Shown piece by piece: positions 1-12,840 of a DNA stretch of 64,000 nucleotides. The stretch is from positions 7,473,095 to 7,537,094 of the forward strand of contig MU054391.1 in assembly GCA_013239625.1 (NCBI GenBank). Reading direction: 5' to 3'. Position 1 is the stretch's first letter. Every line of letters begins with the position of its first letter. A model generated the notes under the pieces. It had not been told where the DNA came from. It saw only the letters and a program-made list of their open reading frames with translations, and searched no databases. Origin of the DNA: Lama guanicoe. Its lineage: Eukaryota. A program made the position numbers and the translations under genes.

Positions 1-199
1 AACCGCCTGCCCCTGCTCCGGTTTCCGTGAGTTTCCCCTAGTAAATGCTTTTCAATAAATTATGGTGGATTTGCCTCTCCTTGCTTAAAGATAAGGAAAA
101 TATAATTTATCAACACAAGTGGAGAGTGGTTCTTTGTACAAGCTAATAAAATGTGCATAACTTTAGCAACATTAAGAAAGCAGTGAGAAATGTCACTGA

Positions 200-680
200 T
201 GAACAATATTAAAAACCAAACAAAGGGCATAAAAATAGAAACACTGAAGACTTAAAATTTGTGAGAATATATTCTGAACAACTTTATGCCAGTAAATTTC
301 AAGATTCAGATAAAGCTGATATTCTTTTAAAAGGAAATCATGCACATATTAAAAAAAGAGAAATCTGAAAAAAAAAGAGAAGAAATCTAAGTCTGTAACT
401 GTTACTAAGTTAAATAGGTCATCAAAATTTTTTTGCCAAAAGATGCCAGGCTCTCATGGTTTTCAGGTGACTTTTACTAAACTTTCAGAGAATTGTGGTC
501 TAAATAAAGTGATGCAGAGGATATAAAAAGAGAAGAGTTATCTAACTTATGTTATCAATCAATATGATGTCAGCACCAAAACAAGAAAAGAAAAATTTAT
601 CACTTACAGAGACTTAAAGTGCTCAATTATTTATTAACAAGTCAGATCTGTTGTGTACACCATAGCATTAGCTTTCCTGT
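200..680 (+). mobile_element. Ancient L1 (L1M) ORF2 fragment, heavily decayed
   Basis: A-rich sequence. aactttatgccagtaaattt resembles QLYANKF, and ccaggctctcatggttttcaggtgacttttactaaactttca resembles the L1 ORF2 motif PGPDGFTGEFYQTFK. Confidence 0.75.
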
Positions 681-1459
681 CTTTCAGTTGTTGGTGGTCT
701 ATTCATATCTCAGTAAAATGTGGTTATTTTTGATGGTGGGAGAGACAGGGACCCACATGATGAGGAAACAAATGCAGGAATTAACCATGAGATGGAAAAC
801 CAGCATCTAACGTAGTCTTTGGTGGTCAAGACGAGGGTGATGGAGGCAACAGTGTTATTCAGGAAGATAAAGTACAAGGGTGTTCTGAGCCAAGGGAGCA
901 GAAGGACACCGTGCGTCACTGCTAGTGGCTGGCTGTGACCGGAGTGGGGCTAGAGACGAACGTGGCAGCCAGACCGGGTCCGTCCAGGGATGTTCTCCTG
1001 CCTGGTGGGGCGCACCTTGGCCCAGAGTCCTGAGCTGGTTTTCTTACTGATGCTGCCTTTGCTGTCCTGAGTCGCTCTAACAGGAGCAGAGGCCACGCTG
1101 GTTGTTCCGTCTGCTAGGAAGGAGCATTTCCCCATAAGTGCAGAACAATTGTTCTGATTTGAGCTTCTCTCTGCCGACTCTGGGCCTTGCAGGTGGTGCG
1201 CCCGCAACACCTCTTCACTGACTGATGGGTGGCATGTTGGCGGAGATGTGGTCAGTTAATTACATCTGACACATGGTCCAACCGGCTAAGGGAGAAAACT
1301 GGGAACAGACTGAATGCAAAACGATGGATGCATTTGAAACGGAGAACAGGGGATGGAAGCAAACCAAGTCACATCTTTAAAGAAGTGATGAGCCAGTAGG
1401 AGGGCGTGGGGGCAGGGCCCGCTCTCCTAATCGGCGGCATCGTCCTGCAGAGCACAGAG

Positions 1460-1675
1460 CCCTGCGTCTGGATTTGGAGTCAGAGGCCCAGGCTCGAGCA
1501 TAACATGCTGTCAGGTGAACAAGTGCCCTTGAACCAGCTGCTGAAACTTCCTGAATGACAATTTCCTCATCTGAAAATGGAGAAAACACATACTTCCCAT
1601 GGTTGTTATAAGGACCACACAAAATATGGCCCATGAAAGGCAGTGCTTTAAAATCTGCAAGTTGTTACTGCTGTT
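1460..1675 (+). mobile_element. MIR SINE
   Basis: MIR head ttggagtcaga, core tttcctcatctgaaaatggaga, and tail ggttgttataagga. Confidence 0.75.
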
Positions 1676-3689
1676 TAATTACCAAGCTTGCCTGGTTGGT
1701 CAAGAAAAGGCCAAGCACGTTGGAAAACAAAATCCGGATTGATTTAAAGCAACACAAAACAAAAACTGGTAGAAAACAGGAAATGATGTCAGGCGTAAAA
1801 CCTTGGCATCCTTTCCATGTTTAGAAGCATTTCCCATAAAGGCTTATATATAACTGAGTGACTGGAAAACCTCAGGAAAGTTCCATTTCCTCTCCTTCCT
1901 TGCTCAGCTCCACTCAGAGCTCAGGAATGGTTGCTCTGAGGCCCTGTGAGCACTCATCAGCCCCCTGGAAGGAGAACTGGCCATTATCCTTGAAGTTAAA
2001 GATGTGATGGGAGGTGTTACTGCATTTCCTTAGAGCAGGTTTTGCATTTGCAAGTCGCCTCGGCTCAAGCCGCAGGCCTCCCCGAGCTCACTTCCAGCCT
2101 TGTCAGCAAGAATGCGGAGTTGGGCTATGCAGGGTTCCTGACACCCGTCCGTGGGACCGCAATGACTTTATGGTCTCCAGCTGACACCCAGCCTCCTCCC
2201 CAACAAATCATTAATATACTTAACATTTTTTCCTTTCCAGCCAGCAGAGGGATTGCAAGGTCTTAGCACAAACTGATTATTATCTTGATTTCCACAGTCT
2301 TTAACTGACCTCCTGCTTCGATCTCTCCTTCCAGATTGGGACATTGCGGTTCAGATCTCAAGGGCAGGGACCTACTTCCCTGTGTCTGCCTGTGACTTTG
2401 GCTGTTCGACCTTGGAAATGGTCCTCGCTGAGCTGTTCCTCCATTGAGGAAAAAGTAGGACATGGTCGTGACTAGATGATCATAATCGTCTCTTCCCACA
2501 AAAATTTCCTCTTCAATCTTGACCTCGTCTTACCCCACAAAATGCATAGTCAGGCTGGAGCCACCATCAGCACCTGACAGCCGCGTTGCTATCTTGGCAG
2601 GGCTGTGTGACCTTCTTGAGGACCTATGTGACCTTCTTTTCTGCCACAATAAAGCTAATTCCACTGCCTCACAGTGTCCCAGTGTGGGATCAGAGCAACT
2701 CTTATTCAGAATCATTTTTGGTTCCGTTGACTTTAATAAAGGGACATTCCCAAATGAAGTGAGATCGAATGGTTTGAGGGACACATGGTATCCATGCCAT
2801 GGCACACGTTCACCCTCATGGCCTCCTTCCTGAGAAAATAAGATTGCATCATGGTTCTTTTGACCTTGAAAGCGTTGACAACCTGCGTTTCTTGTCTGTG
2901 ACAGTGACTTCGATTGACCTGCCCTCTGCACTGCCTGGGACGCCCAGCAGCCACGGGATGGGAGTCACAGTGGTCATGAGGTCTTGTGGCCTCAGCCAGC
3001 AGCCCATTCACTGGTTCTCCATCTGCTTGCAAATTGCACCCTGGGCTTTCGTCAGATGACTCAGTGAATCAGGGAGATACGTGCTTTTTGTTTTGTTCAT
3101 ACAAGATGAAAATGGCAGGAGGGCTTTTGTCTAACAAGAACTTGTGGAAATTTCGAAATGTTCTACAAAACCAGATGTTGTATGGTTTATTAAAATTAAG
3201 TGAACTACTTAATATAGATATTTATAGATAGTGAACATTTTTATTAATGATTTTTAATCTTTCAACAGTCCAATTTGACCCAAATTTCTTGAAGAACAGC
3301 TAAGAATAAAGAAGACATCATTACTGAGATAGGACCTTAGTCACTTTGTATGTTATGAAGAGAATTGTTCATAATAACTTCAGAGATGGTTATCACCTTC
3401 ACTTGTGTGGTCCTGCCTGTAAATCTAGAAAGATTTACCAAAAAGTGATTATCACTATAATTCTGAGACATCTCGAAGTAAAAACACAGACTCAGTTTTG
3501 AACCTGTTTTTGTGCATGATGGAAAATAGGACGCTTGTATCGCAAGAATGAGCAACAGAAACAGTTCTGGGATTTATTAAGGGTGGAGTTGTTCAGAGTT
3601 TGGTGCCTATTTTCAGGGTCCAAGTCACCTCTTTCAGCAGAGCAAAAGCTGGCGTTTTGAAGCCAGCTTGAAGCAGCTCTGCCGTTGAC

Positions 3690-3860
3690 CAGCTGAGGCT
3701 CGCGAATGTCCAAATATCCTCCTCCTCTGTAAAATGGGATTCTTACAGACCTCATCTTGTAGAATTCAAAAAGAACCAAATGCAGTACGATGTGCTAAGC
3801 CCCCAGCATATGCATGGCACTTTGTGAGGTCCCTGAGTAACAGCAGCTCGGATGCACGTT
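3690..3860 (+). mobile_element. MIR SINE fragment
   Basis: Core ctcctctgtaaaatggga followed by a MIR-like tail. Confidence 0.55.
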
Positions 3861-5113
3861 ATCACTCTTAGTGTGCGAAGCACAGTCTTTACCTGAAACT
3901 TTGATTCTTAGTCTGGTCCCAAGTAGACGTAATCAGTGTAACTAAATAAACTGTTGTGTTGCAGAGAATGAAAAAATCAACAATCCGGAGAGTATCACCC
4001 CAACTTGAATATACAAAGCACAGGCATGAACCATGTCTGGGCAGCATGGAATGGTTCCTCACCCCAGGGGGAGATGCTGCCAGAGAAAGAGAACATGTGT
4101 CTCCAGATTTTGTAGCTCCAGGGATATTTGGAAGTGAGATGGAAGGCGGAAAAAGTGAGGCACAGTCAGCAGCCACAGGAGAAAGGGCGTGTAAAGACTA
4201 GTGGGAAATCATTCAGACAGAACTCTGCCCCTCTTCCCACCAAGGGTCCGAGGAGGACGGGAATGTCCCTCCCACCACAGTAGTCAGGTGGAGGGCATTT
4301 GGCAGAGAATGCCCAAGGAAGCCCAGGTCCCTTGAGCAATTGCTGTAGACTTGCAGAGTAGCCATGGAAGTAGAGCAGAATCAAAGATGATTCTGAATAA
4401 TTGCAACTGAAGCAGCTTGTGTATAAGTCCAGAGAAAGGAACGGGACAATCGGAGAGGCTGAGAACCCGCCAAAGTTCGCATGCTAATGACAAACGCAGT
4501 GCGACCAGGCTGACACAGGTGCCGAAAGCGGATACCTTAATAGCGCTAGTCAGAGCCCAGGGAAGAGAAGCTGGCCCCCGTCACTACTTACTATTCGGGG
4601 TAAGGCCAGTGACTTCCTCACCCTCAGAGTTATCGGAAGCCCAGGTCTTAGTTTCTAGAAAGTATCACCCCGGCAGCCCAGGAGGCTCTCAGCCTCCTGG
4701 AGGTTAAACCCAGTGAAGCCTTCCAGGTTTAGGACGTCATCTCCTGATGCTCATTTTCTTCACCAATCAAAGCACAGAGACGATTTCCCTGTTGCTCAGA
4801 GAAGAACAGAGGCATTAGAGCATTGAAGTCATTGTTCCAGGCTGCGGGGAGTGGAGTGCAGCATCACTAAACTCAAGTCCGTCAGACACACATTGTTCAA
4901 TGACAATCTATGTGGATGTGACATATGAGGAGTAGGAGGTGACCATCTTGGAGGCTTTTTCTCAAAATAGTATTACTTTGAAGAGCCTGGAGAAGGATAT
5001 ATTTTCCTTTAAAAAGCAATAATTCCTAGCACTGAAGTTGGATCCTGTAAGTGTATATAAGGAGAGAAGCTGTGTTGGACCAAGAGATCACGGGCTCCTA
5101 GGGTTCCCTTGAC

Positions 5114-5688
5114 TGTCGGACTGTCTCCTTCCTTCTAAAGCATCACCCCCATCCCGGGCTTTATTTATGGGCACAGCTGAGATGGCAGGAACCCCTGAGG
5201 CTGCCCGGCCTGTGTGCCCACACACCTAGGCTGTCTGCAGTGAGATGCCCGTCTCCTTCCAGATGTGGGTGAAACACCCCAGGAAGGGCTGAGATCAGAC
5301 ACCTGAGTGATGCCAAAGGGCCCAGTGCAACCTGGAATCTTGGGGGTGTTAACTCGCCATAGCAGATGGGGGCGGTGGGGACTGTGGAATTGATCAGTGG
5401 AAAGAGGAGGTGGGAAGGTGCCACGTGGGTACATCACCTGTCCTTTCTCCCCTGTTCTGCCCCAAAGAGCAGATTTGTGTTGCAGGCTTCCTGGACAGGT
5501 CCTGTGTGGACACAAGTGCAGAGCTTCCTGCTTTAGCTTCCAAGGTTTGTGGTGAAACAGAAGCGTGATAACTTCACCTGGCTCCCCATGTCTCTTTCCC
5601 TTCCCTTCCCTTCATTCTTGCTACCCTGGGTTTGCATCTCCTAAATAAAGTCTTTGGGTTTGTTTTCTAAATGACTTGGGCCAAGATA
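5114..5688 (+). mobile_element. ERVL solo LTR, LTR16-like
   Basis: Starts TGT. The 3' end has cctaAATAAAgtc...tgttttctaaatgacttgggccaagata, resembling the LTR16 terminus (ctaagaca). Confidence 0.6.
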
Positions 5689-5729
5689 GAAGCCAAATGT
5701 GAAACGTATTTATTATTATTAAAAATTTC

Positions 5730-6148
5730 TTTAAAACTTTTAATACAATTTTGAAGGTTACCTTCCATTTACAGTTACTACAAAATATTGCCTATATTCC
5801 CCGTGTTGTACAGTACATCCTTATAGTCTGTCTTACATCCAGTAGTCTCCCCCTCCTCCATCCCTAGGTTCCCCTCCCCACCCTCCCCACTGGTGACCAC
5901 TAGTTGTTCTCCATATCTGTGAGTCTGGTTCTTTTTGTTATATTCACTGTTATATTGTATTTATTATATTCAGTATTATATTCAGTTTATTTTGGTATTT
6001 TTTTATATTCAATATTTGTTGTATTTTTTAGATTCTACGTGTAAGTGAGAGCATATACTATTTATCTTTCTCTGGCTGACTTGTCTCACTCAGCATAATG
6101 TCCTCCGAGTCCATCCATGTTACTGCAAATGGCAAAATTCCGTTCTTT
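5730..6148 (-). mobile_element. L1 3' end (5'-truncated, cetartiodactyl/camelid type)
   Basis: Antisense L1 3'UTR and ORF2-end motifs: ccactggtgaccactag, ctgtgagtctg, tagattctacgtgtaagtga, tccatccatgttactgcaaatggcaaaatt. Confidence 0.9.
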
Positions 6149-6834
6149 CTGAAAAGAAAGGCACTTATTATGTTCCTACCCTGCTGCAACGTGGAACTAA
6201 ATTACCAAATTGAGATTCAACGAAACGGACATTCCAAGAAGTGCCTTGTTCACAGCAAGACTGAACGAGGAACACAGCACTTGAGTTTTCAAGACAAATG
6301 TTTTTTGTGTCATAATCAAAATGATTAGCTTCAGACATTACCAGAAAAAAAAGGTGACTCACAAAACATGTATTAATGTTGCATTTGGAAGCAGCTGCAG
6401 CCTGCGTGCAGAAATACACAAGAAAGCTGATCTGCCTACAATCAGTCTTCGCAGTTCTGGAAAGAGAGAGACAACGGAAATAACTCTTTGTGGGGATGAC
6501 TGACATGTTCTGGCCAGGCATTCTTTGTTAATAGAACAGCCGAGAATTGGACAGATCGGAGTTGGAAAGCACTCTCGTCATACTGTGGCTGATGGGTCTG
6601 TGGGAAGGCAGCAGCCGCGCCTGGGGGATGTGTCCCTGCCTTCCCCAGCTCTTTCTAAATAATCCAAGCTGTGAAGCTTTTTCTGGGAAGCTGATCTCCA
6701 AAGTCGGCGATATATTCATAGCACACAGTCTCATCCACGCTAGGAGCCAGACCGGATGGTGGACAGGGCTTGCTTGAAAGCCTCCTGATGGATTGTTTGT
6801 TCATTCACTCATTCATGCATTCATTCATTGAATC

Positions 6835-7042
6835 CAGGACTGTCCGATAGAACTTTCTGTTATGATGGAAGTTTTCCAAAAATGCATTTTTTGATACTGT
6901 AGTCACTAGCCACTTGTGACTATTGAGCACTTGAAATAGGGAAAATGTGGCTAGGAGATAAATTTTTAATTTTATCTAATTTAAATTAATTCAAATTTAA
7001 ACAATCACATGTGGCTAGTGACTGCCCTATCAGATAACACAG
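6835..7042 (+). mobile_element. MER3 (hAT-Charlie) MITE, nested in an antisense L2 tail with (TTCA)n
   Basis: ctgtccgatagaactttctg...actagccacttgtgactattgagcacttgaaat...cacatgtggctagtg matches MER3. Flanks ttcattcactcattc and cattcgttcac/aaacatttaccaagt-like sequence fit an L2 tail. Confidence 0.85.
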
Positions 7043-8282
7043 TTCTGCATTATTCGTTCACTTAAAAACATTTACCAAGTATCCACTAAGGGACCTCTTA
7101 GAAGTTGCTTCATCTGTATCTTTGGAGGATAGTGGCACTATATCGTTTTTTCTTTTTTAATGAAATGAAGTAGGTTAGCTGGGTTCACAAATATTTAGAA
7201 TAAAATAAGAAGTAAATTTAGTAAGACACATACTATTTTATGAGAGTAGGTATATATTTATCTAGTGATAGAACAGTTTATTTTATTCATTGATTTATAA
7301 TTATATTGATTCAAAAGTAATTTAAAAAGGCTGAGGCAAAAGTCAGGTATTTCCTCATGGCAAGGATGAATTTGTGTTGATTCTGAGATGGAATTCCAGG
7401 TGGAGAGGACAGGAAAGACTGGGTAAAGCGTCCCAGAAACAGCTTTCTTTGTGCATGGAGGGTTAGACAGGGAGAGTCTGGAGGCCGCACAGAGGCATAA
7501 GCAATTATATATTACCTACATCCAGGAAATAAAAAGGCAAAGTTTCTGCATATTTGGATTGCCCCCCCCCCCAAATATCAGAAGGGGAAAAAAATGACAG
7601 GCAATTTCTGAGGTCAGAATATGTGTCATAATCACAAATTGTTAGGTAATCATTTGTCACCTGCCCAACAAAAACTAGTAGCTTTTCCAACAGACTAGAT
7701 CTATCTACTGAATTATGGCAAGAACGTCCCCAGAGAAATCGCAGGAAGCCCTGTCCCACAGAGCTTGATTCAACGACTCAAGTTGGGGAACAGCGTCAAG
7801 TTCACCATAAGACACGTGCTCTTATACGGTCTGGGTGTTCAATGCGAGAAGTTACTCTCTTGTACTCGTAACGGTGACACGCTTTTACCCACAAGTACTG
7901 ATGATAACCTTCTAATGGAGCAAGAATTTTAGCTTTTGGAACTAGAAACTGCAATGTAGGCACAGAATGTCTTTATCTTCCAAGTAGAGAAAGCCTCTCT
8001 CGGCAAAAAACCAAGTCATGTAATTATCGTCCAGTAACGAGAAAATGGAAGCCATTCCCCCGAGTGCCTTATGCCCTCCAGCGCCAGCAAAAGCAGGGAG
8101 AGAAACAGATCCGTAACCTTTACAACCCCATGAGGTCGGTAATAACAGTCTGAATTTACGGTTAAGGAAGTCTAGCTCTGTGCAGGCTCATGATGTTTTA
8201 AAGGTCACAAGGAGAGTCTGTTTCAGACATAGTGAAGTTGGTCTTACTGCAGAGCTGCTGTCTGTTTCGTTACATCATGCCT

Positions 8283-8676
8283 CTTTTTCTTTTTCTTTTC
8301 TTTTTAATTATTGAAGGATAGTTGATTTACAATATTATATTAGTTTCAGGTGTATAACATAGTAATTTGATATTTTTTTAGATTAGACTGTATTCGAAGC
8401 TACTAGAAATGTTGACTGTATTCCCTGGCTGTCCATTACGTCCTTGTAACTTCTCATATTATATCCTGAGTAGTTTGTACCTCTTAATCCCCTTCACCTC
8501 TTTGGCCCGTCCTCCTTCACAACAACATGAACAGACCTGGAGGGCACTGTGCTTAGTGAAATAAATCAGACAGGGAAAGACAAATAATGGATTTTCTCAC
8601 TTCTATGTGGAATCTAAAAAATAAAACAAACTAACGAATATAGCAAAACGCAGACGAACTCACAGATATAGAAAGT
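8283..8676 (-). mobile_element. 5'-inverted (twin-primed) L1 with TSD
   Basis: T-rich tail and antisense 3'UTR at 8283-~8518, then a sense-oriented upstream L1 segment at ~8519-8676. TSD core ATCATGCCT at 8274-8282 and 8677-8685. Confidence 0.88.
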
Positions 8677-9379
8677 ATCATGCCTTGTTTAAGCTCTCCA
8701 CTGCCTTCAATCTCAAGTGTCATGGTGCAACTTCGCAAGCTAATGGAGTGAAGACAGAGAGTAAGACAGTCCCCCAGCTGATGACTGCACGTGGCAGAGG
8801 GTGATGGCATCCTTCAAGAAAATGCCGTGGGAGGGATTCCAGTCCAAAGCAGGGGGGCGGTCCTTGCGGTTGAATAGGACCAGGGGACTTCAGGGAGGAG
8901 GTGACACTGGAGATGGATTTGAAATGCAGGTAAAACTTGGCAGTGGAGCAGAAGGGGTACTACAGGAGAGGAAGAGGCAGCCTACATGGCAGACAAGCTT
9001 CCTGGAGAATCTCTGTCACTTTTGGCTGGAGACTGAGTGGGAGAATAAATCGCTGAATTAAATGTAACAGAATGTTCTGTGGCTGAAAAGAACCCGCAAA
9101 CGTATGTCAAATATGTATAGTTAGAGGCAGGGAAAACCTGCCATTTCAAGGCTTCGAACTAATATTTTATCCACCAAGGAAAACAGAAATTACCTTTGGG
9201 CTGGAGTAATCCATTGTTTGGTGAAAATCATTTCATTCAAAATTATGAATTATGTGTACCTGTTTCAGCCAAGTAGTGGAGAGAGGCAGACAGAAAAGAT
9301 GTGGTTACTGCCCCGTTGGAGCCCAGGAGCCTGTTTGGAAAGACAAGTGTTACGTGAGCTACGAAGGAGAAGCCTGAAC

Positions 9380-9700
9380 TTATGGGAGAGGAAGCACTGA
9401 GCTTGTTTGAAGATGCTGTAGGAGAGGCCTCAGTAGGCCGCCTGGAATTTGCAAGGCTCAGGGATGAGCGGTGGGGTGGAGAGGAATGGTGTCCCAGGCA
9501 GTGGGAACAGCATGTGCAAAGGCCCTAGTGTAAGGAATCACTTAGATGTTTACCTTCTTCAGGGACTGAAGGGAGACCTAGGAAGCTGAATTCCTGACAG
9601 CAGAGCACAGCGAAAGGGGATGCTGGAGGGTGGTCAAAGGCAGGGTGCTCACAGCCACACGGGCAGGGGGGATTTTATTCTGAGCACCACGAGTCTGTCT
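9380..9700 (-). mobile_element. L2 fragment
   Basis: cccaggcagtgggaacagcatgtgcaaaggccct is the typical antisense L2 3' motif. Confidence 0.65.
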
Positions 9701-10899
9701 ATTCCACAAATGTAGGGCAAACACCATCTTTTTGGGAAAAGGAAAGTCACAATGACCCCTTGGATGCACAAAAAGAAAATACTGCTCCTGAAGTTGTAAC
9801 CAAGTGCGCAGAGATAGGGCTCCCCCTAAACCCATGAAGAATTTGCCAACTGGCAGCCCAGCTCTTCAGTGCACTCATGGGAATTCAGGTCAGTTGAGGC
9901 TCATTCTTGGAGAGAATAGACTGGCCTGTTTTTCGTCGGGCACGTGGCTCATCACAGACCAGGATGCACAGCCCGTGGGGCTCAGGGCACTGCACGCATG
10001 TCTGTTCTTCGTTGACCTCTAGCTGGAGACTGTGCAGAAGGACAGAATCGGACCTTGTGCTGTCCCACTCTTGACATCCTACTCACAGAACTTAAGACTG
10101 AATAACCCAAACCATACTGGAGTTCAGCCATTACTTTCTGATGTAATTTGGTTTTCCTTCTGGGGCTACAGTTTTGGACCATGCCCTTGTGGGTGAGAAC
10201 AGAGTACCCCCAAAGGGAAACCGATATTGCCACTACTGTCAGTTCTTCCTAGGATGAGGCAAATTTGGGGATAAGAAATTAGGCTTGGGGAGGCTGACTT
10301 CAGACTGGGAAAGGGTGACTCTCTTGTCTCTCTGAGACCATATGAGGATCGGGTTTGGGAACCTTCGTGGTGGGCAAGGCATCTGGCCCCGGCGTGGATG
10401 GGTACGAGCGGGCTGGCCGGCATCCCCGAGGGAGCCCTACTTGCAACAGGCAGATGGTGGATTTGAGTCTGTGGCCATTGAAAGCTGTCAAATCTCTGAA
10501 GGGATGCCACTTACTCTCTGTGTTGTCCTTTTGTTCGTTATCTTGTCAGGGTATTGCTGCAGGAAAGGGAGCGCACGGGGCCGGGGAAGGCAGCCAAGTG
10601 GGAGAACACGGAACACCTACTCCCGAGCACGTCTGAGCTAGGGAAGGAACTGGGGGCCCAGGGCACCACTGGGGTCTGAAGTGGGAGCTTTTGCTTTATA
10701 GTGTGAACATCTAATGGGAATGTGGCCTTTATACGTCATCCCATGTTGGCCCAAACCAGTAGAAGGACAGAGAGAAAAGAGCGTGGATGGAGGTCTGGAG
10801 AGGGCATTGAAAGGAATGTGTGCATAGAACACGGGAGTGGGTTCAGAGGATTTACCTAGGTTGATGTCCCTGGGGCTTAAAGGGGTCGGTGTTAGGAGA

Positions 10900-11140
10900 T
10901 GAGCATAAAATACAAATAAACAGGTCACACCTTGAGGAATCTCGTATGTCAGGCCAAGAAGTGTGAACATGAAAAATGAATGACTTTACCCAGAGGAATG
11001 GTATAGTCTGATTTGGATTTGAGAAAGATGGTTCCAGTTTCAGTGGGAGGAATGAAGCAAAGGAGGCATGTTTGGTGCCAGCCATGCAGGTGAAAGGCAA
11101 GAAAAGTGTATCCTGAGTCAGTGATGATAAAACGAGAGCA
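10900..11140 (-). mobile_element. L2 fragment
   Basis: caggccaagaagtgtgaac...gaggaatggtatagtctgatttggatttgagaaagat resembles antisense L2. Confidence 0.5.
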
Positions 11141-11557
11141 GTAACAGGGAAGAACAAACCTGACTCCGTATTAGACCTGATCCTTTAGCGCTCAGCCTGC
11201 GCTCTGTGTCCTGGGCTCCCTCATGCTGGTTCTGCACTTTTGGCAAAAAAGAGTGTTGCCTAGAGCCTGAAATATACAAGACAGCCCGTTCTCAAGGCTC
11301 TGACCTTTAAGGGTGTAACACTTTCCCATTCATATAAAGATAAAAAGTTGTAGAACAGAGAATAGCATTTCTCTTGGAGGTTTACCGGGACATCATGCCC
11401 TGATCAACAAGGACAGCTACAAGAGCAAAGGATTTTGACACCAAGAGGTTTGCAACAACCAACCACACCCCCTCCTCTTTTTAGTATAAAAGGATCCTGA
11501 ATTCTGACTTGGGGAAGACGGTTCTCTAGGACATTAGTCTTCAATCTTCTCGGTCTG
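11141..11557 (+). mobile_element. ERV LTR (probably ERV1 class), 3'-truncated, same family as 46291-46807
   Basis: Colinear with 46291-46710, sharing blocks such as ctagagcctgaaat and ttctcaaggctctgacct. TATAAA at 11485-11490. Lacks the polyA/U5 end. Confidence 0.8.
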
Positions 11558-12473
11558 GAGATGGGAGCTTATGATTTCAGGTATCCATTCAACTCTGAAA
11601 TTTTGTATTAGTTCCACTATGAGTCTCCATTTATGTCTGCTGAAGAGTAAAGCCAAGGCAGGCATTCCATCTTCACCTGGGGAAATCGAATCTTGTCTCT
11701 AATGAAATGTATTGGCATACAAATACTCCTACAGTATTTGTGATGATTCTCATCCTTTTGAAGAAACAATCATTTGACACGAGTGAGGAGTGAGCATGAG
11801 TAGCCTGAAGAAGAAAAAGATATATTAAATTTAGGTCCTGTTAATTTATAATTTCAATCATCTGAAGTAGACCTAGAAATTATATTTGCAGAATTTTATG
11901 GAAAAACAGAAGAATAATACGGTTGGGGAGTCGAGTCTGCTGAGAGACAGTTAACCCTTTCTGAAGCTAACTTTTAAATTATTAGTGAGAAATCTCTAAA
12001 TATAATGCCAGTATACTTAATAGCTGTCTCTTTTGTTGCCCTGGAAAGCGAGTGAAGTTTCCCTGAGTTTCCATTACCCTTCCTGTGCCAGGAAGAATGG
12101 ACTCTCTGCCCACCCCCTTCACTCTGCATGGCTATGCAGTGCAGTAGTTGTCAGATGACATCAGTATGACGTTTATGGGTTGGTTTCCCCTCTAGATCTG
12201 GAGCTCCAGGGCATCGTCAGCCAGGACTTACTGCTCTCTGTTTCTGGCTTCTGGCCCAGAGCTTTGCATAAGTTAGAGGCTCAGTTGGATAGCAAAGTTC
12301 TTCCCCAAAATGATGAAAGACCATTGAAGGATAGCGGTACTCAAATGCTTAACAAATCCACCTGTCCATGAATCTGGTATGCTGGTGGCCAGGGTCAAAA
12401 GCAAGAAGAGAGCGTGTGACTTGTGAGCCAGCTGAAGGAGTCATGCCTTCCTTAAAGTCCTTCTTAATCAACT

Positions 12474-12620
12474 AAAAAAAAAAGGAAGGAAGGAAGGAAG
12501 GAAAGGAAGGAAGGAAGGAAGGAAGGAAGAAAGAAAGAGAGAAAGGAAAGAGAGAGAGAGAAAGAGAGAGAGAAAGAAAAGAAAGAAAGAAAGAAAGAGA
12601 GAGAGAAAGAAAGAAAGAAA
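12474..12620. repeat. Compound polypurine microsatellite (A)n(GGAA)n(GA)n(GAAA)n
   Basis: Read directly from the sequence; a pure purine tract of about 145 bp. Confidence 0.97.
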
Positions 12621-12694
12621 GACAGGCAATAAAAGAAAGAAAGGCAATAAAAGAAAAGCACTGAGGGGTACATGGCCCACCTCATGCATTCAGA

Positions 12695-12840
12695 TTATAG
12701 ACAAGAATGTAAGCTTCATGAGGACAGGCAATTCACTGATTTTTTTTTTTCGCTGCTGTCATCTCTAGCACTTGAACTGTACCTGGCACAGTGTACAAAT
12801 AGTACATATTTTTTATATGAACATACAAAGAATCAAGTGA
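12695..12840 (+). mobile_element. L2 3' end
   Basis: agaatgtaagcttcatgaggacagg...ctagcacttgaactgtacctggcacagt. Confidence 0.75.

Noticed and set aside
1..90. Possible LTR 3' end with AATAAA at the window edge
   Set aside because: Too little sequence is visible to assign it.
2530..2931. 133-aa minus-strand ORF and overlapping ORFs
   Set aside because: No recognisable homology, and ORFs of similar size overlap on both strands as expected by chance.
12464..12689. Phe/Leu/Ser-rich minus-strand ORFs resembling membrane peptides
   Set aside because: They are translations of the polypurine microsatellite.
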